Positions 44,076-55,927 of a stretch of DNA of 64,000 bases are shown one piece after another (within the stretch, counting starts at the first letter, position 1; each line of letters begins with the position of its first letter). The DNA is taken from sequence record NC_031047.1. The stretch is one strand, 5' to 3'. The stretch is from Escherichia phage HY03. Under the pieces are notes generated by a model. The model had not been told where the DNA came from. It saw only the letters and a program-made list of their open reading frames with translations, and did no database searches. The translations under genes and the position numbers were made by a program.

Positions 44076-44351
44076 TTGCGAGGATATATGATTTTACGAT
44101 TTAAAGATACTTCTGGTGTAGTTCTTTTTACACTTCCTAATCCAAGTGAGTTAGAAGTTCCAGGACCAAATCAGCCTATTATCATTTATGGCAAAAAATA
44201 TTATACTCATAAAATGACTCGTGAGTATTTTGATAATAAAATTTCCACAGTTAAAACTTCTTCTGATTGTTATTATGATATTACTGTTTTAACGGAAGAA
44301 CAATATGAACACCTACAACCGCGCGGGCCGTCTATGCCGGGTAGTGAATAA
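44076..44351 (+). CDS. hypothetical protein (nrdA.2 position)
   Basis: 91-aa ORF. Confidence 0.45.
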   Translation: MRGYMILRFKDTSGVVLFTLPNPSELEVPGPNQPIIIYGKKYYTHKMTREYFDNKISTVKTSSDCYYDITVLTEEQYEHLQPRGPSMPGSE

Positions 44352-44630
44352 ATACAAATCCGACTTTGATGTTAATATTCACCGTGGTACATTTAGAGCC
44401 TTTACGTCGGTAAAGATGCTGGCAGCCGGGAGGCTGCCATTGAATTATTCAAAAAAGATTTTATACGTCGAATTAAATCCGGAGAAATAACTAAAGAACA
44501 TTTAGAGCCTTTACGTGGAATGAGGCTAGGATGCACATGTAAACCAAAGCCGTGTCATGGTGATATAATAGCTCATATAGTTAACCGATTGTTTAAAGAC
44601 GATTTTCAAGTTGAGGACTTATGCAATTAA
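44305..44630 (+). pseudogene. small Cys-rich protein gene split across two reading frames; candidate pseudogene or recoding site
   Basis: N-terminal frame 44305..44490 and C-terminal frame 44397..44630 (no start codon) together resemble one small protein; the frame switch lies in the first copy of a 19-nt direct repeat. Confidence 0.4.
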
Positions 44631-46885
44631 TTAATGTTATCAAAAGTAGTGGTGTTTCTCAGAGCTTTGACCCGCAAAAAATTATTAAAGTTTTATCTTG
44701 GGCAGCTGAAGGAACATCAGTAGATCCTTATGAATTATATGAAAATATTAAATCTTATCTCCGTGATGGAATGACAACTGATGATATTCAGACTATTGTC
44801 ATTAAGGCTGCTGCAAATTCTATTTCAGTTGAAGAGCCTGATTACCAATATGTAGCCGCTCGCTGTTTAATGTTTGCTCTTCGTAAGCATGTTTATGGGC
44901 AGTATGAACCACGTTCATTTATTGACCATATTTCTTATTGTGTAAATGCAGGTAAATATGACCCTGAATTGTTGTCAAAATATTCTGCAGAAGAAATTAC
45001 ATTTTTAGAATCAAAAATTAAGCACGAGCGGGATATGGAATTTACTTATTCCGGGGCGATGCAATTAAAAGAAAAATATCTAGTTAAAGATAAAACCACT
45101 GGTCAAATTTATGAAACTCCGCAGTTTGCATTTATGACTATTGGAATGGCACTGCATCAAGATGAACCTGTTGATAGATTAAAACATGTTATCCGTTTTT
45201 ATGAAGCAGTATCTACTCGACAGATTTCATTGCCAACTCCTATTATGGCTGGTTGTCGTACTCCTACTCGACAGTTCAGTTCATGCGTTGTTATTGAGGC
45301 AGGAGATTCGCTGAAGTCTATCAATAAGGCTTCTGCTTCAATTGTTGAATATATCTCCAAACGAGCTGGAATCGGCATTAACGTTGGTATGATTCGTGCC
45401 GAAGGTTCTAAGATTGGCATGGGTGAAGTACGCCATACTGGTGTTATTCCTTTTTGGAAACATTTTCAGACTGCTGTTAAATCATGCTCACAGGGTGGAA
45501 TTCGTGGCGGCGCTGCTACTGCTTATTATCCTATTTGGCATTTGGAAGTTGAAAATCTTCTCGTTTTGAAAAATAACAAAGGCGTAGAAGAAAACCGCAT
45601 CCGTCATATGGATTATAGTGTTCAGCTGAATGATTTGATGATGGAACGATTCGGAAAGAATGATTATATTACTTTGTTCAGTCCGCATGAAATGGGTGGC
45701 GAGCTTTATTATTCTTATTTTAAAGACCAAGACCGTTTCCGTGAATTATACGAAGCAGCAGAAAAAGACCCTAATATTCGTAAAAAGCGTATTAAAGCCC
45801 GTGAACTATTTGAATTGCTCATGACTGAACGTTCAGGGACAGCAAGGATTTATGTACAGTTCATTGATAATACGAATAACTATACTCCGTTTATTCGTGA
45901 AAAGGCACCTATTCGTCAGAGTAACTTGTGCTGTGAAATTGCTATTCCAACAAATGATGTGAATAGCCCTGATGCTGAAATTGGATTGTGTACTCTCTCT
46001 GCATTCGTACTGGATAATTTTGACTGGCAAGACCAAGATAAAATTAATGAATTGGCAGAAGTCCAAGTTCGTGCTCTTGATAATCTTTTGGATTACCAAG
46101 GATATCCAGTTCCTGAAGCAGAAAAAGCTAAAAAGCGTCGTAACCTCGGTGTAGGTGTTACCAACTATGCAGCTTGGCTGGCAAGTAACTTTGCTTCTTA
46201 TGAAGATGCTAACGATTTAACACATGAACTATTTGAGAGATTACAGTATGGACTCATTAAAGCATCCATTAAGCTCGCCAAAGAAAAAGGACCTTGCGAA
46301 TATTATTCAGACACTCGTTGGTCTCGAGGCGAATTACCTATCGACTGGTACAATAAAAAGATTGACCAAATCGCAGCTCCAAAATACGTTTGTGACTGGT
46401 CGGCGCTGCGGGAAGACCTTAAGCTCTTTGGCATCCGTAATAGCACATTATCAGCACTTATGCCATGTGAGTCATCTTCCCAAGTTTCTAACAGTACAAA
46501 TGGTATCGAGCCTCCACGTGGACCAGTCTCTGTTAAAGAATCAAAAGAGGGCTCCTTTAATCAAGTCGTGCCCAATATTGAGCATAACATAGACCTTTAC
46601 GACTATACATGGAAATTAGCTAAGAAAGGTAATAAACCTTATCTTACGCAGGTAGCTATTATGCTGAAATGGGTATGTCAATCAGCTTCAGCGAATACAT
46701 ATTATGACCCGCAGATTTTTCCAAAAGGAAAGGTTCCAATGTCTGTAATGATTGATGACCTTTTGTATTTTTGGTATTTTGGCGGAAAAAATTTCTATTA
46801 TCATAATACTCGTGATGGTTCCGGTACTGATGATTACGAAATAGAAACTCCAAAAGCCGATGATTGCGCAGCGTGTAAATTGTAA
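44621..46885 (+). CDS. nrdA: aerobic ribonucleotide reductase large subunit
   Basis: 754 aa; class Ia RNR alpha; matches recalled T4 NrdA length. Confidence 0.95.
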   Translation: MQLINVIKSSGVSQSFDPQKIIKVLSWAAEGTSVDPYELYENIKSYLRDGMTTDDIQTIVIKAAANSISVEEPDYQYVAARCLMFALRKHVYGQYEPRSFIDHISYCVNAGKYDPELLSKYSAEEITFLESKIKHERDMEFTYSGAMQLKEKYLVKDKTTGQIYETPQFAFMTIGMALHQDEPVDRLKHVIRFYEAVSTRQISLPTPIMAGCRTPTRQFSSCVVIEAGDSLKSINKASASIVEYISKRAGIGINVGMIRAEGSKIGMGEVRHTGVIPFWKHFQTAVKSCSQGGIRGGAATAYYPIWHLEVENLLVLKNNKGVEENRIRHMDYSVQLNDLMMERFGKNDYITLFSPHEMGGELYYSYFKDQDRFRELYEAAEKDPNIRKKRIKARELFELLMTERSGTARIYVQFIDNTNNYTPFIREKAPIRQSNLCCEIAIPTNDVNSPDAEIGLCTLSAFVLDNFDWQDQDKINELAEVQVRALDNLLDYQGYPVPEAEKAKKRRNLGVGVTNYAAWLASNFASYEDANDLTHELFERLQYGLIKASIKLAKEKGPCEYYSDTRWSRGELPIDWYNKKIDQIAAPKYVCDWSALREDLKLFGIRNSTLSALMPCESSSQVSNSTNGIEPPRGPVSVKESKEGSFNQVVPNIEHNIDLYDYTWKLAKKGNKPYLTQVAIMLKWVCQSASANTYYDPQIFPKGKVPMSVMIDDLLYFWYFGGKNFYYHNTRDGSGTDDYEIETPKADDCAACKL

Positions 46886-47526
46886 TGAATTATCAAAAAA
46901 TCTATAATGACCTAATTTCCCGAGCTCAGGCTCGGGAATCTTTATCAGAATATAAAGAGACACATCATATAATCCCTAGATGTATGGGAGGTTCTGATGA
47001 TAAGGAAAATTTAGTTGAATTAACAGGTAGAGAGCATTTTATAGCGCATTGGCTTTTATGTAAAATATATGACACTCCAGGATTAAAGAAAGCTTTTGGT
47101 TTAATGTGCTTGACTGGTAAAAATCGCTCATATAAAATTTCTTCTCAACTATACGAATTAGGTAGACGACGTTTGTCTGAAGCTGCTATAGGACGTGAAG
47201 TTTCTACAGAAACCAGAGAAAAGATAAGTAGAGCTCTTAAAGGAAGGAAATTTACTAAAGAGCATTTAGCTCGCATGAGAAAACCTAAAACTGAAGAAGC
47301 TAAAAAGAATATAGCTGCTGCTAAAGTCGGCGTGCTTAATCCAATGTATGGTACAATCTCTCCAACGAGAGATGTTCCTCATACTAAAGAAACTCGCGAT
47401 TTGATTTCTTTGAGAACTAAACAAGGTGCAGAGTATCCGCCGTGTCCGCATTGTGGAAAGAAAGTTAATAAAGGTAATGCTTTAAGATGGCATTATGATA
47501 AATGTAAATTTAAGGATTCTAAATGA
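46885..47526 (+). CDS. mobE: MobE free-standing HNH homing endonuclease
   Basis: 213 aa; ETHHIIPRCMGGSDDKENLV...HF HNH motif; sits between nrdA and nrdB; paralog of mobA. Confidence 0.8.
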   Translation: MNYQKIYNDLISRAQARESLSEYKETHHIIPRCMGGSDDKENLVELTGREHFIAHWLLCKIYDTPGLKKAFGLMCLTGKNRSYKISSQLYELGRRRLSEAAIGREVSTETREKISRALKGRKFTKEHLARMRKPKTEEAKKNIAAAKVGVLNPMYGTISPTRDVPHTKETRDLISLRTKQGAEYPPCPHCGKKVNKGNALRWHYDKCKFKDSK

Positions 47527-49797
47527 GTACAGTTTTTAATACATCACCTGTTAATATTTTGACTGAGCCGATGTTTTTTGGTTCTGGATTGGGTTTAGCT
47601 CGATATGATATTCAACGGCATCGAGTATTTGAAGAACTTATTGAGAAGTCTTTGTCATTTTTCTGGCGTCCTGAAGAAGTAAACTTGATGATGGATGCTG
47701 CACAATTTAACAAGCTTCCTCAGTATCAGCAGAATATTTTTACTAACAACTTGAAGTATCAATCACTTCTAGATAGCATTCAGGGTCGTGCACCGTCTGC
47801 TGTACTTATGTCATTAATTTCAGACCCAAGTCTTGATACATGGGTTGCTACATGGACTTTTAGTGAAACTATTCACAGTCGTTCATATACTCATATCATG
47901 CGAAATCTTTATACTGATCCATCGAAGGTATTTGATGAGATTGTACTAGATGAAGCTATCATGAAACGTGCTGAATCTATCGGTCGCTATTATGATGATG
48001 TTCTGACTAAAACCCGTGAATGGGAAAATGCTAAAGAATTTACAGAACTAGCTAAAGAATCTCCTGATGCTGTTTTTCGTTTAAATCGAGCTATTAAACA
48101 AGAAGCCGAAGCTAAACGAGCACTAATGAAATCTCTTTACCTTTGCCTTCATGTAATCAATGCATTGGAAGCTATTCGTTTTTATGTATCTTTCGCGTAA
48201 AATGCGCCTTTAAGCAGTAATGCTTATCGAAAACTCCTTTAATTGCTGGAAAATCCAGAAATGGAAAACTAGCAGCCAAGGTTTTGCTTGCACCTTTAAT
48301 TAGTATAATATTATAAATATGATGATTATACTTTTAAGAGGATGCACAATTGAATTATAGAAAAATTTGGATAGATGCTAACGGACCGATACCTAAAGAT
48401 TCTGATGGAAGAACGTATGAAATCCATCATAAAGATGGTAACCGTGAAAATAATGATTTAGATAATTTGATGTGTCTTTCTATACAGGAACATTATGATA
48501 TACATTTAGCTCAAAAAGATTACCAGGCATGTCACGCTATAAAGCTTAGAATGAAATATTCTCCTGAAGAAATTTCTGAATTAGCTTCTAAAGCTGCAAA
48601 ATCTAGAGAAATCCAGGTTTTTAATATCCCTGAAGTGAGAGCTAAAAATATTGCCTCTATTAAATCTAAGATAGAAAACGGTACATTTCATCTTTTAAGT
48701 GGTGAAATACAACGTAAATCTAATTTAAATCGGGTTGCATTAGGTATACATAATTTTCAACAAGCTGAGCATATTACAAAAGTTAAAGAACGTAATATTG
48801 CAGCTATAAAAGAAGGTACTCATGCATTTTGCGGTGGTAAAATGCAGTCAGAAACTCAGTCAAAACGAGTAAATGACGGTTCACATCATTTCTTATCAGA
48901 AGACCATAAGAAAAGAACATCAGCAAAAACATTAGAAATGGTTAAGAACGGGACCCATCCTGCACAAAAAGAAATCACATGTGATTTCTGTGGTCACACT
49001 GGTAAAGGTCCTGGATTTTATCTAAAACATAATGACAGATGTAAATTAAATCCAAATAGAATTCAATTGAATTGTCCATATTGTGATAAGAAAGATTTAT
49101 CACCATCAACATATAAACGATGGCACGGCGACAATTGCAAAACAAGGTTCAACGACTAGTCTTCGGACGTAGGGTCAAGCGACTCGAAATGGGGAGAATC
49201 CCTCCGGGATTGTGATATAGTCTGGACTGCATGGTAACATGCAGCAGTTCATAAGAGAACGGGTTGAGAATTAGCGAGCTCAATCGAACATACGGTACCT
49301 TTAACTTCCATAAGAACATGGAAATCATGGAAGGTAATGCCAAGATTATGAAGTTCATTGCACGTGATGAGCAGCTTCACCTTAAAGGCACCCAATATAT
49401 TATTCGTCAACTTCAATCCGGTACTGATGGCGATGAATGGGTTAAAATTGCTCAAGAGTGTGAACAAGAAGCAGTTGATATTTTCATGGAAGTTAACCGC
49501 CAAGAAAAAGATTGGGCAGTTCATTTATTTAAAGATGGTGATGTTCCTGGATTAAATACAAATAGCATGTGGAGCTTTATTGATTACTTAACTGTATCTC
49601 GTATGAAACAGTGCGGTCTTCCATGCCCAATTACCGATGCTCCGGTTAAACATCCATATCCTTGGATTCGTGAATACCTTAATTCTGATAATGTTCAATC
49701 CGCGCCACAAGAAGTAGAACTGTCATCTTACCTTGTTGCACAGATTGATAATGATGTTGATGATAAAGTTATGATGAGTTTTAAAAAATACTTTTAA
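47523..49797 (+). CDS. nrdB: aerobic ribonucleotide reductase small subunit, intron-interrupted: join(47523..48198,49295..49797)
   Basis: Junction deduced from the conserved R2 motif (...RFYVSFA-C-TFNFHKNMEIMEGNAK...); exon 1 ends at U 48198, intron ends at G 49294. Confidence 0.8.
48312..48319 (+). promoter_or_regulatory. late promoter TATAAATA inside the nrdB intron, upstream of I-TevIII
   Basis: Exact TATAAATA about 30 nt upstream of the ORF start. Confidence 0.65.
48350..49159 (+). CDS. I-TevIII: I-TevIII HNH homing endonuclease, full length (intron-encoded)
   Basis: 269 aa; EIHHKDGNRENNDLDNLMCLSIQEHYDIH HNH motif; C-terminal CxxC...CxxC zinc-finger pairs; apparent TTG start after SD GAGGA. 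Confidence 0.8.
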   Translation: MNYRKIWIDANGPIPKDSDGRTYEIHHKDGNRENNDLDNLMCLSIQEHYDIHLAQKDYQACHAIKLRMKYSPEEISELASKAAKSREIQVFNIPEVRAKNIASIKSKIENGTFHLLSGEIQRKSNLNRVALGIHNFQQAEHITKVKERNIAAIKEGTHAFCGGKMQSETQSKRVNDGSHHFLSEDHKKRTSAKTLEMVKNGTHPAQKEITCDFCGHTGKGPGFYLKHNDRCKLNPNRIQLNCPYCDKKDLSPSTYKRWHGDNCKTRFND

Positions 49798-49801
49798 GGA
49801 G

Positions 49802-49821
49802 TGGGCCGCAAGGCCCATTTT
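49802..49821 (+). terminator. hairpin TGGGCC-GCAA-GGCCCA plus T run after nrdB
   Basis: GNRA-loop hairpin immediately upstream of denA. Confidence 0.6.
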
Positions 49822-49824
49822 ATT

Positions 49825-51412
<1,588 letters not shown>

Positions 51413-51415
51413 GCT

Positions 51416-51445
51416 GTTTACAAGTCCCTCGTGTTGTGTTATAGT
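51416..51445 (+). promoter_or_regulatory. T4-type early promoter upstream of alc
   Basis: GTTTAC 51416..51421, TATAGT 51440..51445. Confidence 0.6.
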
Positions 51446-51476
51446 AGACTTACTGACATAACATGAGGACTTTATG

Positions 51477-51980
51477 ATGGATTTACAACTTATTACTACT
51501 GAAATGGTCGTTGAAGCATACGGTGATACTACAGATGGGATTTCTGTATTCAAAGGAAATCGTCGAGTTGGATATATCACTGATCTTAAGAAAGATTTAG
51601 CTAAGCAAGTCAAGCGGAAAACGACCATTAAAGAATATCGAAATCATCGTCTTGAGCAAGCCCGTGATATGCTTCCTGATGCGGTTGAAGAGATGAAAGT
51701 CTTTTTAGAAAATCAACTCGCTAAGTATGATTGTGAAGTGTTCATTAATCAGACTCAACCTAATGTTCATATCAATAGCTGTAAATGCTATATCATCGTT
51801 AATCCTTTGACGGGAAAACACCGCCTTGGGGTTAGTAATCCAAATCGTAGTGCATCGGATATGGCAGAAGATGTTGAGGCATGCTTTAAAATTTCTAAAT
51901 CTCCAGCTGAACATCATATTTTAATTAACGGTCTTTCTCAAGACGATATTGTAGAGGTTATTAAAACTTTATGCATGTAA
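51477..51980 (+). CDS. alc: Alc (terminates elongation on cytosine-containing DNA)
   Basis: 167 aa from the second ATG (SD GAGGA spacing 7); length and position as recalled for T4 Alc. Confidence 0.8.
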   Translation: MDLQLITTEMVVEAYGDTTDGISVFKGNRRVGYITDLKKDLAKQVKRKTTIKEYRNHRLEQARDMLPDAVEEMKVFLENQLAKYDCEVFINQTQPNVHINSCKCYIIVNPLTGKHRLGVSNPNRSASDMAEDVEACFKISKSPAEHHILINGLSQDDIVEVIKTLCM

Positions 51981-52324
51981 GTAATTTTACAGCTGGATTG
52001 CTATTACTTGTAATAGCATTGGGCGGAACATCTATTATTTTAAAAAATAAGGTAGAAAGATTAGAAACATCAGTTACTGAAATTACAAAAACAGCCAATG
52101 AAAACGCCTTAGCATTAAATAATTTGCGAATTCAGTATAATTATATTGATGCGATGAATAATAAAAATCGTGAGGCAATTGCTGCTATTGAGCGTGAAAA
52201 TGAAAAACTGCGCAAAGACGCAAAGAAGGCGGATGTGGTGGCTCATAAGCCAGGATTGGTTGAAAAACAAATCAACAACTCCTTCAACAAGTTCGCAGAA
52301 GACATCCAGGACCTTTCTAAATGA
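51971..52324 (+). CDS. pseT.3: i-spanin (Rz equivalent; pseT.3 position)
   Basis: 117 aa; N-terminal TM helix then coiled-coil periplasmic domain. Confidence 0.6.
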   Translation: MHVSNFTAGLLLLVIALGGTSIILKNKVERLETSVTEITKTANENALALNNLRIQYNYIDAMNNKNREAIAAIERENEKLRKDAKKADVVAHKPGLVEKQINNSFNKFAEDIQDLSK

Positions 52325-52620
52325 TTAAACTATCAGCAGTAATATTATCTATTGGTCTTCTAGTTGGTTGTTCGACAAAGCCTCTAGAAGTAAAGAAAGA
52401 AACAGTTCATCCTAATTGGCCTGTACAAATAAAGTCATATGATGAAGCTAAACTATCTTGGCAAGTTAAAGTTATCGATGGTAAAGCTTGGGTCGGTATG
52501 CCATTTGAAGATTCCCAGGAATTTCGTATTTGGCTTAATGATGTAAAACGATATGTACATGACCAGAAAACTATGATATGTTATTATCGTCAAGAGTTAA
52601 AAGAGGATAAATGTAAATGA
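52321..52620 (+). CDS. pseT.2: o-spanin lipoprotein (Rz1 equivalent; pseT.2 position)
   Basis: 99 aa; signal peptide with lipobox LLVGC. Confidence 0.6.
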   Translation: MIKLSAVILSIGLLVGCSTKPLEVKKETVHPNWPVQIKSYDEAKLSWQVKVIDGKAWVGMPFEDSQEFRIWLNDVKRYVHDQKTMICYYRQELKEDKCK

Positions 52621-52843
52621 TTTCACGGCATCAATTTGAACATCTCAAAGGATTGATTTATGAATCCGAGATGGCTGCAATGATTTATGGACGCCAGATT
52701 CAGCGGTTAGAATCTTTACCTCCAACTAATGATGTTTTATTAGCTCAATCACGTGCTAATCTCAAAAATGAATATCAAAATAAGTGGGGTAAAGCATCTA
52801 AAGACCTACATGATTATATTCAATCATTGGTTGAGAAAAATAA

Positions 52844-52847
<4 letters not shown>
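52617..52847 (+). CDS. hypothetical small protein
   Basis: 76-aa ORF. Confidence 0.45.
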
Positions 52848-54047
<1,200 letters not shown>

Positions 54048-54048
<1 letters not shown>

Positions 54049-54245
54049 TGGCTTTGCATCATGAAACTTGGGCTATTGTTATTGTAAATAGCGGTTTAGT
54101 TGGTACTAGTAATGGTCAATTTTGTGTTTTCACTAGTGAAATCAGAGCTTGGGAGGAATGTCTTAAATTAAGAGAAAAGAATCCCGATGTTGAACTAACA
54201 GTAAAGAAAACTAAACTGCCTTTACCATGGAAAACTTATGAATAA
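54048..54245 (+). CDS. hypothetical small protein
   Basis: 65 aa from ATG 54048 (TAATG overlap with pseT). Confidence 0.45.
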
Positions 54246-54438
54246 CATAGAAAAGATTTATCAACTTTGTGATAAAATTGAAAAAGAAAAGAAATATCTA
54301 TTTTGTTTATGGCCTATTGTTGATGGAAGAATAGACTTAGATATTCTTGATTATGAAACAGAAGACATAGTAGATGGTTCAACTTTTGATAATGCGTTGG
54401 ATGTTATTAATTGGCTTGAAGAAAATTATGTGGGGTGA
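54238..54438 (+). CDS. hypothetical small acidic protein
   Basis: 66-aa ORF. Confidence 0.45.
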   Translation: MNNIEKIYQLCDKIEKEKKYLFCLWPIVDGRIDLDILDYETEDIVDGSTFDNALDVINWLEENYVG

Positions 54439-54440
54439 AT

Positions 54441-54716
54441 ATGTTTCCGACTTATTCTAAAATCGTAGAAGTAGTGTTTAGTCAAATTATTGCTAATAAT
54501 ATGTTTGAAAAGCTTGATAACGCAGCCGAGCTTCGAATTCATGCTCAAGTGACTCATGTATTGAACACTTTGCTTCCAGACCAGGTGGATTCTATTGCCA
54601 TTACGCTGTATCCGGGTTCCGCGCATATCATTGTCGTATTTGGTCTTGATGCTGAGCTAGTCATCAAAGGCGATATTCGCTTTGAATCACAGACATCAGA
54701 ATTCAAAGCAATTTAA
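54441..54716 (+). CDS. hypothetical small protein
   Basis: 91 aa from ATG 54441. Confidence 0.45.
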   Translation: MFPTYSKIVEVVFSQIIANNMFEKLDNAAELRIHAQVTHVLNTLLPDQVDSIAITLYPGSAHIIVVFGLDAELVIKGDIRFESQTSEFKAI

Positions 54717-54718
54717 TG

Positions 54719-54748
54719 GTTTACTTTATGGTAGAGTTGTGATATTAT
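54719..54748 (+). promoter_or_regulatory. T4-type early promoter
   Basis: GTTTAC 54719..54724, TATTAT 54743..54748. Confidence 0.6.
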
Positions 54749-54778
54749 AGCTCTACCAAAACAAATGAGGAAATTGAA

Positions 54779-55014
54779 ATGCTAAGTGAAAACCAATTAC
54801 TGTTAAAGAATTCCAAGAAAAAGTTAAACTATTTGCTCAGGAATTGGTAAATAAGGTTTCTGAACGATTTCCTGAAACATCGGTTCGTGTTATTACCGAA
54901 ACTCCTCGTTCAGTATTAGTAATTGTGAATCCAGGTGATGGTGATCAAATAACACATCTCAAATTGGATTTTGATGGATTAGTTGAAGCACAAAGGGTGT
55001 ATGGCGTACTATGA
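54779..55014 (+). pseudogene. small early ORF disrupted by a frameshift at an A4 run (one A short of an intact 80-codon ORF)
   Basis: ATG 54779 with SD GAGGAAA reads 24 codons to a stop; the +2 frame is open 54790..55014 without a start; adding one A at 54789..54792 joins them. Confidence 0.4.
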
Positions 55015-55349
55015 TGAATTTAACTGATATAATTGATAATTGTCTTGAAAATGATACTGGTGATCATAGAGCGCTTGATTCTGAAACAGCAAAGTTCATT
55101 AGAATAACTTTAATGAATGATACTCTGGTGAATAGTATTCATCCTTCTGTGTATGATGCTATTATTGTGACGAAGTATCCAGTTGAGCTTCACAAAAAGA
55201 TGACTGGCGCAGTTTTTATTGATAAGAAAAACCGCTTTAAAGACGGGCAGAATATAATTAGTTCTGTTATTAAAAGTATAACTAAACTTCGTCACGAAAT
55301 TTATCGTGTTGAAACTGCTAAATCTGCTTATCTGGTGATTATGAAATGA
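55011..55349 (+). CDS. hypothetical protein
   Basis: 112-aa ORF. Confidence 0.5.
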   Translation: MMNLTDIIDNCLENDTGDHRALDSETAKFIRITLMNDTLVNSIHPSVYDAIIVTKYPVELHKKMTGAVFIDKKNRFKDGQNIISSVIKSITKLRHEIYRVETAKSAYLVIMK

Positions 55350-55927
55350 AAGCGAGTACAGTACTTCAAATTGCATATTTAGTATCACAAGAATCAAAAT
55401 GTTGCTCCTGGAAAGTAGGAGCAGTAATTGAAAAGAATGGACGTATTATTTCTACCGGATATAATGGTTCACCTGCAGGTGGTGTGAATTGCTGTGATTA
55501 TGCTGCTGAGCAAGGTTGGTTGCTGAATAAGCCTAAACATACTATCATTCAAGGTCATAAGCCTGAATGTGTATCGTTTGGTTCAACTGATCGTTTTGTC
55601 TTGGCGAAAGAACACCGTAGCGCTCACTCTGAATGGTCGTCTAAAAATGAAATTCATGCTGAACTAAATGCGATTTTGTTTGCTGCACGAAACGGTTCTT
55701 CAATTGAAGGTGCTACTATGTATGTAACACTTTCTCCTTGTCCGGATTGTGCAAAAGCGATAGCTCAATCTGGTATTAAAAAGCTGGTTTATTGCGAAAC
55801 ATACGATAAAAATAAACCTGGCTGGGATGATATTCTGCGAAATGCAGGTATTGAAGTGTTTAATGTTCCTAAGAAAAACTTGAATAAGTTAAACTGGGAA
55901 AATATCAACGAATTCTGTGGTGAATAA
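55346..55927 (+). CDS. cd: dCMP deaminase
   Basis: 193 aa; zinc-binding HAE and PCxxC motifs; matches recalled T4 Cd. Confidence 0.92.
   Translation: MKASTVLQIAYLVSQESKCCSWKVGAVIEKNGRIISTGYNGSPAGGVNCCDYAAEQGWLLNKPKHTIIQGHKPECVSFGSTDRFVLAKEHRSAHSEWSSKNEIHAELNAILFAARNGSSIEGATMYVTLSPCPDCAKAIAQSGIKKLVYCETYDKNKPGWDDILRNAGIEVFNVPKKNLNKLNWENINEFCGE

Larger units (their letters stand above)
48199..49294 (+). ncRNA. nrdB group I self-splicing intron (about 1.1 kb) carrying full-length I-TevIII
   Basis: Interrupts the Cys codon of the conserved R2 motif; contains late promoter and I-TevIII ORF; 3' end resembles the td intron 3' region. Confidence 0.75.

Noticed and set aside
44389-44516. A second translational bypass (hop) between the two copies of the 19-nt repeat, by analogy with gene 60
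   Set aside because: In the N-terminal coding frame the codons of copy 1 (ACA TTT AGA GCC TTT ACG) do not match the in-frame codons of copy 2 (CAT TTA GAG CCT TTA CGT), so matched take-off and landing codons are not available. The frame in which copy 1 reads HLEPLR is closed just upstream and has no credible N-terminal domain.
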